A stretch of DNA of 30,070 nt, taken from a virus. Lineage: Duplodnaviria > Caudoviricetes. Made by a program: the position numbers and the translations under genes. How positions within the stretch are numbered: the stretch's first letter is position 1; each line of letters opens with the position of its first letter. Shown piece after piece: positions 8,464 through 17,439 of this stretch. Under the pieces are notes generated by a model. That model searched no databases. It saw nothing but the letters and a program-made list of their open reading frames with translations, and had not been told where the DNA came from. The stretch covers positions 1-30,070 of the IMG/VR virus record IMGVR_UViG_3300032218_000521; one strand, given 5' to 3'.

Positions 8464-9099
8464 ATGGCAACCGCTGTAGCAATGACTTTTGACAATTTGT
8501 GTACAGATGTTGCCAACTATTTGGAACGTACTGACACCGTCACTGTTAACCAAATTCCTAGTTTTATTATGTTGGCCGAACAAGTTTTAGCGGCTGAATT
8601 GAAGTTTCTTGGAAACCTCAATACCCAAACTAGCACCATGGTGGCTAACGATTCAACGCTGACTAAACCAGCCCGCTGGCGCAAAACCGTATCTATGAAC
8701 ATTACTGTGGCTGGCGTGCGTCAGCCTGTTTTGCTTCGCAAGTATGAATTCTTGCGTAACTATTGGCCAGACAACACTCAAACAGATGTCCCAAAGTATT
8801 ACGCCGATTACGACTACAACCACTGGTTATTAGCCCCAACTCCAAATGCGGCGTATACGTTTGACATTTTGTACTATGAGCGCATTCAGCCTTTAGACAG
8901 TACCAACCAGACTAACTGGTGGACCCAAAACGCTCCACAAGCGCTTTTGTATGGAACCCTGCTACAAGCCATGGCATGGGTTAAAAACGATGACCGCATA
9001 CCTATGTGGAAATCTCAGTACGAAGCAATTGTGGCCTATCTCAAATCTGAAGATCAAGCGCGTCTTGCTGATCGTCAAGCAGTTGCACTGGATTCCTAA
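8464..9099 (+). CDS. Second head-tail adaptor-like protein
   Basis: MTFDNLCTDVANYLER...IPSFIMLAE...PKYYA...LAPTPNAAY...TNWWTQNAPQALLYGTLLQA pattern typical of podophage adaptors. Confidence 0.7.
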   Translation: MATAVAMTFDNLCTDVANYLERTDTVTVNQIPSFIMLAEQVLAAELKFLGNLNTQTSTMVANDSTLTKPARWRKTVSMNITVAGVRQPVLLRKYEFLRNYWPDNTQTDVPKYYADYDYNHWLLAPTPNAAYTFDILYYERIQPLDSTNQTNWWTQNAPQALLYGTLLQAMAWVKNDDRIPMWKSQYEAIVAYLKSEDQARLADRQAVALDS

Positions 9100-10337
9100 T
9101 GCCAACCTATACCAACCCGTTTGCTGGCGACGTAGTCCAGCCAACCGACGTAAGTTACATAGCGTATACCCTAACGTCAAGTATTAGCCTTGTTTGGCCA
9201 GTAAATGGCACAACAAGCACTAGCAATATAGCGGCAAGGATCATAGATGTAACGTTGTCAAACAGCGCTTACACGGTAACTATGCCCCCTGCAAATCAGG
9301 TATCAGTGGGGCAGGATGCTTTGATCCGCAACCAAGGTTCTGTGACCTTAACGATTTTGGATGCAAGTGGCGGCACGATTACTACCATAGCGGCTGGTAT
9401 TGCTGTTTATTGTTTTATTAGCAATAACTCCACAACTGGCGGCACTTGGGGAACGTTTACTTTTGGTGCTGGCACCTCATCTGCTAACGCCGCTACGTTG
9501 GCAGGCTATGGATTGCTGGCAAGTGGTATCACGCTAAACCAAAGCCATCCGACATCAAGCATTACAGCGTCATATTCAGTTGCAACGTCTGATCGTGCGC
9601 AGACCCTAATTTGGACTGGTGGCGCAACCACTGTTACTTTGCAAACAGCCGCAACTTATGCCAATAACTGGTTCACATTGCTTAAAAACAATGGTACTGG
9701 AACGTTAACGCTGAACACAACAAGTAGCGAATTAATTGATGGACAGACGACAAAGAGTTTTGCCCCCGGCAACTCTTGCATGATTATTTCCACTGGCACC
9801 GCTTTTGTAACCGTTGGCTATGGCACTAGTTCAACCTTTGCCTACACCGCCCTGACTTACCCAGTTACAGGCGGTGCTTACACATTAACGGCCACCCAAG
9901 CGGCCAACACAATTCAAACAATTACTGGCACATTGTCCAGTAACGTAACCATTACATACCCACCTGTAGTTAACTTGTATGTAATCAGCAATCAAACAAC
10001 TGCTGGTGCATACACTTTGTCAATTACAACTGGTAGCGGAGCAACCGTAACAATTCCAGCCAACAACCAAGTGACGGTTATTTGCGATGGAACAAACTTT
10101 TATAACGCAAACACGGCAACGGTGGCTGGCTCATTGGCGTCGCTGTTAGATGGTTCTGTTACCAACCCCTCTTTGTACTTTGCATCAGAAACAAATACGG
10201 GTGTATATCGCGCAGGTGCGGGTCAATGGAACCAAGCAATTTTGGGCGTTTTGAGGTCTACTTTAAGCGCCACAGGTTTATCAATTGTTGGCACAGGAAC
10301 ATTCTCAGGCGGAGTATCTGGGGGTAGTTGGACGTGA
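9099..10337 (+). CDS. Tail appendage / short fibre-like structural protein
   Basis: Thr/Ser/Gly-rich beta repeats (VTMPPA...IRNQGS.TLTI; VTLQTA...LKNNGTGTLTL; CDGTNFY; DGSVTNPSLYFASETNTGVY); lies between adaptor and nozzle. Confidence 0.65.
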   Translation: MPTYTNPFAGDVVQPTDVSYIAYTLTSSISLVWPVNGTTSTSNIAARIIDVTLSNSAYTVTMPPANQVSVGQDALIRNQGSVTLTILDASGGTITTIAAGIAVYCFISNNSTTGGTWGTFTFGAGTSSANAATLAGYGLLASGITLNQSHPTSSITASYSVATSDRAQTLIWTGGATTVTLQTAATYANNWFTLLKNNGTGTLTLNTTSSELIDGQTTKSFAPGNSCMIISTGTAFVTVGYGTSSTFAYTALTYPVTGGAYTLTATQAANTIQTITGTLSSNVTITYPPVVNLYVISNQTTAGAYTLSITTGSGATVTIPANNQVTVICDGTNFYNANTATVAGSLASLLDGSVTNPSLYFASETNTGVYRAGAGQWNQAILGVLRSTLSATGLSIVGTGTFSGGVSGGSWT

Positions 10338-12370
10338 CAACCCAGAAGACGTTTGCTCTCGACACGAAGCCGGGCATCCAGCGCGACGGCACCGTGTTCG
10401 ACATGAACTTCTACACCGACGGCAGGTGGGTGCGGTTCCAGCGCGGGCGTCCAAGAAAGATGGCTGGATATATCCAGATTACAGACCAATTGGCAGGACC
10501 CTGCCGTGGAATGTATATTTCTCCAAAGAACGGCTATACAACAATTTACAGCGGTTACCAAGCAGGCTTGCAGTCTTTGGTGGTTAATCAGTATGGTGTA
10601 GGTACAGGCATCACTGATTTAACAATTACTCAAAATGGCAGTAATACAGCGTTTTCATCTAATGCTAACAACATGTGGCAGATGGATTCAATTTTTGAAG
10701 CCAACGGTACGGGAAATGAGTTGTTGATTGCACACCCGGGGCAGAACCTCACCGCCATTGACTCTCAAGTTAACACGCACGTTTTACAGGGCAACACCGC
10801 TGGCTCAACCATGTCAGAAGTTGGTATTTTTACCATTACAGGTTGCAGTATTGCTAGTGGAACTGCCGTAACTCTTCCAACTGGTGGCGCTTCAAATGGT
10901 TGGGTTGCTATTGGACAAATAGTGACTGGCACCGCCATTTTGACAAATCCAACAACTGTTACTGCTGTTTCTGGTACATCAGTTACTTTGTCAAATGCGG
11001 CAACTAATGGCGGAAGCAAAACATTAACTTTTGACAGTGACATCCAAGTTTCTGGTGGTTGCGTTGTATTACACCCATATTTGTTTGTTTATGGAAACTA
11101 TGGGCTGATTCAAAACAGCGCCGCCCTTAATGTGCAAGACTGGAATAGTGCTACAGCAAACAAAACATATGCATCATCTACCAAAGTTGTAAAAGGTTTG
11201 CCAGTTCGTGGTGGTGCCAATGCGCCATCAGGTTTGTTTTGGTCACTTGATTCATTGATACGCGTAAGTTATGTGCCCACCACGGTTACTGTTGGCACAA
11301 CGTCATCAACTTTCTATTGGCGGTATGACATCATATCTAGCCAAACTTCTATTTTGTCTAGCCAATGCGTCATTGAATATGACGGTATTTTTTATTGGAT
11401 TGGTATTGACCGATTCCTAATGTATGGCGGTACGGTAAAAGAAATACCAAACAGTTTTAATCAAAACTATTTTTTTGACAATTTAAATTATGCCCAGCGT
11501 CAAAAAGTGTGGGCGCAAAAAGTCCCACGTTTTGGTGAAATTTGGTGGTATTACCCAAGGGGTACGGCAACAGAATGTACCGATGCGGTAATTTATAACA
11601 TCCGCGAAAACTGTTGGTATGACGCTGGCCAAGCCATTGGCTCAAGACGTTGTGCTGGATACTATTCGCAAGTGTTCCACTACCCTGTATCTACAAGTTG
11701 GGAAACAACTATTAACGGCGGAATTGCAACTGGAACAATTACAACCGCAGGCACTTCATATACCAATGGAACATATTCATACAAGACTTTAACTGCTGTT
11801 ACTGGTTCTGGAACTGGCGCAACTGCAACAATTGTTGTGGCTGGCGGCATAGTTACATCTGTGACGATCAACAACCGTGGCAAAAATTATGCAGTTGGTG
11901 ATACTGTTACAGCGTCATTACCTGTTGGTTCTGGGTTTGTCTATACGGTTAGCACTTTAATGAATTTTGCCCCTGTTTGGCAGAATGAAATTGGGGTTGA
12001 TCAGGTTACAAATACAACCTACAACGCCATTGAAAGTTATTTTGAGACTAGTGATTTAGGTTTAGTTGCTGGTGGACCATCTGAGCCAACACTAACTGGA
12101 ATTAATAGATGGTTGCGTTTAGAGCGCGTTGAACCTGACTTTGTAATGTCTGGACAAATGTCTTTGTACATTACTGGCCGCCCGTATGCACAAATTGAAG
12201 ACAAGGTTTCCGACGCATATGTGTTTGATGAAAACACAGGCAAGATTGACATGAAAGAACAGCGCCGCGAATTGCGTTTGCGTTTTGTATCAAACGTTGC
12301 TGGTGGAAACTACGAATTAGGCAAAGTTCTTTTAGACGCAGACACAGGAGATGTACGTGGCTACGGCTAA
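10334..12370 (+). CDS. Tail nozzle / tail tubular protein B-like
   Basis: KPGIQRDGT...WVRFQRGRPRKMAG N-terminus; FYWIGIDRFLMYGGTV, FGEIWWYYP, VIYNIRENCWY, RVEPDF; GTG 10334 (track uses TTG 10328); position after adaptor. Confidence 0.7.
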   Translation: MTTQKTFALDTKPGIQRDGTVFDMNFYTDGRWVRFQRGRPRKMAGYIQITDQLAGPCRGMYISPKNGYTTIYSGYQAGLQSLVVNQYGVGTGITDLTITQNGSNTAFSSNANNMWQMDSIFEANGTGNELLIAHPGQNLTAIDSQVNTHVLQGNTAGSTMSEVGIFTITGCSIASGTAVTLPTGGASNGWVAIGQIVTGTAILTNPTTVTAVSGTSVTLSNAATNGGSKTLTFDSDIQVSGGCVVLHPYLFVYGNYGLIQNSAALNVQDWNSATANKTYASSTKVVKGLPVRGGANAPSGLFWSLDSLIRVSYVPTTVTVGTTSSTFYWRYDIISSQTSILSSQCVIEYDGIFYWIGIDRFLMYGGTVKEIPNSFNQNYFFDNLNYAQRQKVWAQKVPRFGEIWWYYPRGTATECTDAVIYNIRENCWYDAGQAIGSRRCAGYYSQVFHYPVSTSWETTINGGIATGTITTAGTSYTNGTYSYKTLTAVTGSGTGATATIVVAGGIVTSVTINNRGKNYAVGDTVTASLPVGSGFVYTVSTLMNFAPVWQNEIGVDQVTNTTYNAIESYFETSDLGLVAGGPSEPTLTGINRWLRLERVEPDFVMSGQMSLYITGRPYAQIEDKVSDAYVFDENTGKIDMKEQRRELRLRFVSNVAGGNYELGKVLLDADTGDVRGYG

Positions 12371-12641
12371 TTTTTTCACAACTGCACCACAGCCCGTACT
12401 GCTGTTTGATCCAAGAGTTCACGACACGTTTGAATCTTGGGCGGACTTGATGTGCGAGCACTATGCCGCTAATGCTTTAGAAATACCCAATTCCAACACT
12501 GATTGGCAGGCGTGGGGTAGGGGCATGCTGGCTATTGACGTGTTTACCAATTCTGCCGTACCCAATCCAGACTTGTTTGAAAACTGGTATGACTGGGTAA
12601 GCGCGGCTATTGGCGCATTGAACGCTGGGGGTAACGCATGA
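12351..12641 (+). CDS. Trp-rich hypothetical virion protein
   Basis: DPR...FESWADLM...DWQAWG...PNPDLFENWYDW; overlaps both neighbours. Confidence 0.65.
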   Translation: MYVATANFFTTAPQPVLLFDPRVHDTFESWADLMCEHYAANALEIPNSNTDWQAWGRGMLAIDVFTNSAVPNPDLFENWYDWVSAAIGALNAGGNA

Positions 12642-13051
12642 CAAAACGCATGACTCCCCAAGAAATATTTGAACATAGCGATTTTGTAAAAGATGGTGAC
12701 GTACCTTGGAAAGATTTTTATGCAATGGTGCATGGTCTTTTAACTGAAACAAATGAATGGCGAATGTTGAGAATAAACAATTCATTGTTTTTGTACAACA
12801 TAATTGAAGAAGGAAACGTTGCCGTTACTATTATTGACGCAGACACAACAAAACAATTTCCTAAAAATTTGAAAGAAGCATTAAACGCTTTTAGCAAAGC
12901 AAAAATACATGAATTGATTTTTAATGTGCAAGGTAGAGCATTTCAGCAATTGCTAAATCAATTAGGATGCAAAGTAACAGACAAAGTTTTGTACAAAACC
13001 CCTCAAGGATTTCCGACTTATGAAGTGAGGGCTGAGTATGGGTTGGTTTAG
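12638..13051 (+). CDS. Hypothetical protein, possibly GNAT-like fold (positional analogue of T7 gp13 / P22 gp14)
   Basis: About 137 aa alpha/beta pattern ending LLNQLG; sits between nozzle and ejection genes; fold assignment is inference. Confidence 0.45.
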   Translation: MTKRMTPQEIFEHSDFVKDGDVPWKDFYAMVHGLLTETNEWRMLRINNSLFLYNIIEEGNVAVTIIDADTTKQFPKNLKEALNAFSKAKIHELIFNVQGRAFQQLLNQLGCKVTDKVLYKTPQGFPTYEVRAEYGLV

Positions 13052-15314
13052 TAGTTTTATATCAAACCCTTTAGGTAGATTGTCCAAAGACACATCTACT
13101 TTTACTAATGCTATTGGCCAAGTAGTTTCAGCGCCAGAAAAACTTATTGGCGGGGTTGGCGAAAGCCTTGTCAAAACAGCAACATCTCTTACATCTGATT
13201 TGGCTAAAGCCATTATTAAAGCGCCAACAGATATATCAAATTCTGGTAGTGCGTTTGTTAAAAATTTATCAAATGGTGTTGTTAAAGCAGGCTCAACAAT
13301 TGCCGCAATTAAAAACAATATTTTAAAAAATCCACTGCCAATGATTGAAACCATTGCGCTAAATGCTGTAGGGGTTCCATTCCCAGTTGCACAAGCCGCT
13401 GTTTCTGCAATGAATGGCGGAAGCATTGAAAAAATGGCAATTTCATACGCTACGGCATTAGTTGGTGGAGAAATTGGAAGTTATGCTGGGTCTACTGGTT
13501 CATCATTGTTGCCATCTGATTTATCTGCCGTAGAACTTGCTAATGCAAAAGCAATCATTACTAGTTCGTCTGCGACTGCCGCAGTTGCCGCATTAAAAGG
13601 TGGCAACATGGACGCCATACTTAAAGGCGCTGTTGTAGGTGGGGTTGCGGCTTACACAAAAGATGAACTTATTAAGCAAGGTTTTGATCCTAAATCAATT
13701 AATTCTGCGATTCTTAATAATGCAGTTACATCCGCCACAAATGCTGTTTTAAATGGGCAAGACATTGGAACTGCCGTTGGAACAGCCGTTGCCGTAACTG
13801 CTTCCACCAAAGGTGTTGAAGATGCATATAACAAATACATAAAAGACGATGCAACAATAAAATCATTAAATTCGCAAATTCAATCTAATAATAATTCTTA
13901 CATGAAATCTGTAAGCGATGCAACGGTTGATAAAACGGCGCTTAACAAATATTTATCTGATTACAAATCACAGATTGGTTCTGCCAATATTGCTGAATTA
14001 GATGGCTACAGAACCCAAGTAAATGCATACAACAATAATTTAACAACAGCAATTGACAAGTACAACAGTGTCACGGCAGACATTGCCGCTAATGGTGATG
14101 ACGCAAATGGAACAAAATTGCAGTCTCTTACAAAATATGCAGAGGATGCACAAAATGCAAAAAATGGAATTGATTATGTTCAAACTAAATCACAGGCATT
14201 GCAAGACAAACTTGGTATAACTAGTTACACAAACAAAATTGCAAATAATGAAATGTATGAGCGTATGTATGCGCAAAAGGCGCAAGACGCATACGATCAA
14301 CTAGCCTTAATTGCCGCCAACAAAGATGCCGCCGCACAGGAACTAGGTAAACAAATTGCAAACTATGACAAAGCGGTCAACGTTGTTGGAATTTCTGAAA
14401 TTCAACCAATTGGTGACAAAACGGTAGAAGAATATAAACGCCTATATGCTGAAGACCAAGTGGCCCAAGCAAAAGCCGCCGCAGAAGCAAAGGCCGCCGC
14501 AGATGCACAAGCCGCCGCTGACGCCAAAGCTCATGCAGAACAAGTAGCCGCCCAACAAGCGGCTGACGCCAAAGCACAGGCTGAAGCCCAAGCAAAAGCA
14601 CAAGCGGAAGCGGAGGCGAAAGCGCAGGCAGAGGCGCAAGCCAAGGCGCAGGCTGATGCACTGGCTAAACAACAGGCTGAAGCCGCCGCCGCTGAACAGG
14701 CTAAACAGCAAGCCGCCGCAGAATCACTTGCACAAGTTAAGGCACAACAAGAAGCGTTGGCCGCCAAACAAGCCCAAGAAGCAGAGGCCGCAAAGGTTGT
14801 GCAACCTGCGCCGCCCGCGCCAGAGCCAACTCCATCACCTTTGGCAACAGTTACGCAACCCGTTGCGCAACCCGTTGCGATACCTCCTGCGCCACCTGAA
14901 CAAGTGCATGACACAGAAATGTTGCCATCAACGCCAGCGCCAAACCCAGAAGCCCCATTGCCAACTGCGGCAGAAACGCCTACGCCAGCCCCAACCCCTA
15001 GCGGTTTAAGCAATCCAATTAAGGCAACTATTGCTGGCGCAGTAGGCACAGGAGTCAAAGCGGCAATGACACGCAAGCCTGTAACGCCAACTCTTGTTTC
15101 TAAACCAACTGGCACACTTACAACAATATCAAAACCTACTGTAGCGGCAACCGTTCAGCAACCAGTTACCAACCCAATTTCTGTTACTAAACCAACTGGG
15201 GCTTTAACGTCTGTGACTAGTCCATTTGCCACTGCTAAACCTACAATTAGCACAACGCCTACCGCACCAGTTGGAACATTGAAAAAAGTTGCAAGCCCGT
15301 TTGCAAAAGTCTAA
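13038..15314 (+). CDS. Putative internal virion/ejection protein with TolA-like Ala/Lys/Glu/Gln helix and Pro/Thr-rich tail
   Basis: MGWFSS start, Gly/Ala hydrophobic helices, coiled coil, AQAKAQAEAE repeats, PAPPAPEPTP region. Confidence 0.65.
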   Translation: MGWFSSFISNPLGRLSKDTSTFTNAIGQVVSAPEKLIGGVGESLVKTATSLTSDLAKAIIKAPTDISNSGSAFVKNLSNGVVKAGSTIAAIKNNILKNPLPMIETIALNAVGVPFPVAQAAVSAMNGGSIEKMAISYATALVGGEIGSYAGSTGSSLLPSDLSAVELANAKAIITSSSATAAVAALKGGNMDAILKGAVVGGVAAYTKDELIKQGFDPKSINSAILNNAVTSATNAVLNGQDIGTAVGTAVAVTASTKGVEDAYNKYIKDDATIKSLNSQIQSNNNSYMKSVSDATVDKTALNKYLSDYKSQIGSANIAELDGYRTQVNAYNNNLTTAIDKYNSVTADIAANGDDANGTKLQSLTKYAEDAQNAKNGIDYVQTKSQALQDKLGITSYTNKIANNEMYERMYAQKAQDAYDQLALIAANKDAAAQELGKQIANYDKAVNVVGISEIQPIGDKTVEEYKRLYAEDQVAQAKAAAEAKAAADAQAAADAKAHAEQVAAQQAADAKAQAEAQAKAQAEAEAKAQAEAQAKAQADALAKQQAEAAAAEQAKQQAAAESLAQVKAQQEALAAKQAQEAEAAKVVQPAPPAPEPTPSPLATVTQPVAQPVAIPPAPPEQVHDTEMLPSTPAPNPEAPLPTAAETPTPAPTPSGLSNPIKATIAGAVGTGVKAAMTRKPVTPTLVSKPTGTLTTISKPTVAATVQQPVTNPISVTKPTGALTSVTSPFATAKPTISTTPTAPVGTLKKVASPFAKV

Positions 15315-15315
15315 T

Positions 15316-17439
15316 ATGGCAAATTACAAAACACCTAATCTAAATTCAATTGCAGGACCACGCGCTGGTGGCGATTACTTAGACATGCTGACGCAAAGCC
15401 TGCCAAACCCAGTAGTTACAAGTGGTTTGTCTAGTGCGCCTACGTCTATTACCAGTGTTGGCACTGGTAACGCAACACCTATAAACGCGGCAAAGAAAAC
15501 ATCTGCCCCAACGTCTAGCCCTTTGATAGACGCCGCAAAAATTGCCGCAGTTTTGGGTGGTGGAGCCTTGGCAGTAAACGCCATAAAAGATGCAATAAAT
15601 AAACCTACTACACCTACAAAACCTACAACCCCAACAATACCAGTTACGCCAACCAAACCAGTTGTACCCACGGCCCCAACAATTCCAACAACCCCAACCG
15701 TCCCAACTGCGCCTGTTTATGAATATCCACAGGGTCCTAATGGCGAAACGCCATACGATGATGAAGGCAATTTAAACGCTGGTTTTGAACTTAATGAAAA
15801 CAATGACCCAGTTTGGGTAGGAATTACACCGCCTGCAACACAACCAACTGGCGGGCTGAATCAGGCTTCAACTACTCCTAGCACCACTCCTAGTACGGTC
15901 CCAGTGAAAGAAAGCCTTGCGCCAAATGAGCAACTTGTTCCAAAAGACGTTACGCCAACCCCAGCCAATACACAACCAGATGACCATGGATTTGTAGATT
16001 ACATGGGTGATGAGCAAGGTAATACTTATGGCGTAACTGCCGACGGTCAGTATTTTTTAATTAGTTCTGCACCAAGCGCTCCAACAACATCAGATGCGCC
16101 AGCAGAAACTACAACTGGCGGGCTAAATTCGGTCACAACCCCAGAACCTGCGCCTGCGCCAGAACCAGAAATTGTTCAAGATGATGCGGGCAATGTTTAT
16201 CAAGTGATTGATGGACAATACTATTTAATTGAGTCTGTTGACAACTCTACAGATTACACACCCCCAGACACAACAGACGATGTGCCAGAAGTGGCCAAAG
16301 GAGGACTTATGATGCTAAAAAACGGCGGCCTGCCACGTTATGCCCAAGGCGATTCTGTTGATGATCCAACCAATCCTGCAAACATAACAGATTATGTTGA
16401 TCCTCCCCCTGAAGTAAACACTGAGCCATCTGCCGAAAATTTGCCACCAGTAAAAGGTAATCCAGACTATCCGCCATTACAGGGCACTGATGGATTGACT
16501 TATGTTTATAACGAAGCATCTGGCCAATACGAGGTAGATCAAGCAGAAAATGCAGATGGCTCTACAGGAACGTATGACCCATCAACGGCAACGGTTTATA
16601 ACCCAGATGGCACAACAAGCACAGTTGGAGTCAACACAACTGGCGTATATCCATCTGGATCATCCACTGGGTCCAATATTCTTAACACTGTCAAAGGCGG
16701 TTTGAGCAGTGCAGGCGATATGATTAAAAGCAACCCGCTTGCTGGTGGCGCTGTAGCCGCGCTTGTTATGCAACTGCTTTCTAAAGCCACGGGTGGTGGT
16801 GGTAACAACTACAAGCCAGACATGTCAGCGCTGGCTATCAAGCCCCATACAACCGATTTTGGAATGGGTCCAGCGCGCGTGGTAGCCAGTGGCAACCAAA
16901 ACCCTTACTACAGCCCAGAACAGGCAACACAACTCAATACCAACTTAGGTGTGGCTGGATTCCCAACCGCGTACCAACAAACCCAAACTCAAGGTGGGTT
17001 AGCGTCAGGTGGCATGGTGGCGGCATCAAACCACTACTCTTATGGCAAACCTGTAGACCCCATGGAAGTATTGGGTATACGCCAATTGGCAACTTCGCCT
17101 AATCCAGAAACCCAAGCGGTGCGCAATGGTGGCTCTATGCACCCTCAAGGCCCCCTTGGAGTACCTATGAAAGAGGGACGCCACGACTACCGTGCTGGCG
17201 CGGCTGTAAATGGCCCGGGCGACGGGCAGTCGGACGACATTCCTGCAATGCTGGCCGACGGCGAGTACGTGATTGACGCTGAACTTGTGTCTATGCTTGG
17301 TAACGGGTCTAATAAGGCTGGCGCACAGTATCTTGATAATTTTCGCCAAGCAGTCCGCGAGCACAAACGTTCTGCCCCGCTCAACAAAATACCGCCAAAA
17401 ACAAAATCTCCTTTGGCATATATGAAAGGACTCAAATAA
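15316..17439 (+). CDS. Putative internal virion/ejection protein, low complexity, with tape-measure-like C-terminal motif
   Basis: ATG 15316 right after the upstream TAA; PT-rich; acidic DxxGN repeats; C-terminal GPGDGQSDDIPAMLADGEYVI. Confidence 0.7.
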   Translation: MANYKTPNLNSIAGPRAGGDYLDMLTQSLPNPVVTSGLSSAPTSITSVGTGNATPINAAKKTSAPTSSPLIDAAKIAAVLGGGALAVNAIKDAINKPTTPTKPTTPTIPVTPTKPVVPTAPTIPTTPTVPTAPVYEYPQGPNGETPYDDEGNLNAGFELNENNDPVWVGITPPATQPTGGLNQASTTPSTTPSTVPVKESLAPNEQLVPKDVTPTPANTQPDDHGFVDYMGDEQGNTYGVTADGQYFLISSAPSAPTTSDAPAETTTGGLNSVTTPEPAPAPEPEIVQDDAGNVYQVIDGQYYLIESVDNSTDYTPPDTTDDVPEVAKGGLMMLKNGGLPRYAQGDSVDDPTNPANITDYVDPPPEVNTEPSAENLPPVKGNPDYPPLQGTDGLTYVYNEASGQYEVDQAENADGSTGTYDPSTATVYNPDGTTSTVGVNTTGVYPSGSSTGSNILNTVKGGLSSAGDMIKSNPLAGGAVAALVMQLLSKATGGGGNNYKPDMSALAIKPHTTDFGMGPARVVASGNQNPYYSPEQATQLNTNLGVAGFPTAYQQTQTQGGLASGGMVAASNHYSYGKPVDPMEVLGIRQLATSPNPETQAVRNGGSMHPQGPLGVPMKEGRHDYRAGAAVNGPGDGQSDDIPAMLADGEYVIDAELVSMLGNGSNKAGAQYLDNFRQAVREHKRSAPLNKIPPKTKSPLAYMKGLK

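Noticed and set aside
14854-14879. 12-bp tandem duplication CGCAACCCGTTG with internal palindrome
   Set aside because: Simple in-frame slippage encoding QPVAQPVA in a low-complexity region
14377-15115. Several long antisense and alternate-frame ORFs (e.g. 14531-15115 minus, 194 aa)
   Set aside because: Shadows of the Ala/Pro-rich repetitive sense gene; no RBS or independent coding signal
15280-15318. Programmed frameshift or fusion between the 758-aa and 716-aa genes
   Set aside because: A clean TAA-T-ATG junction explains the arrangement, and I saw no convincing downstream stimulatory structure
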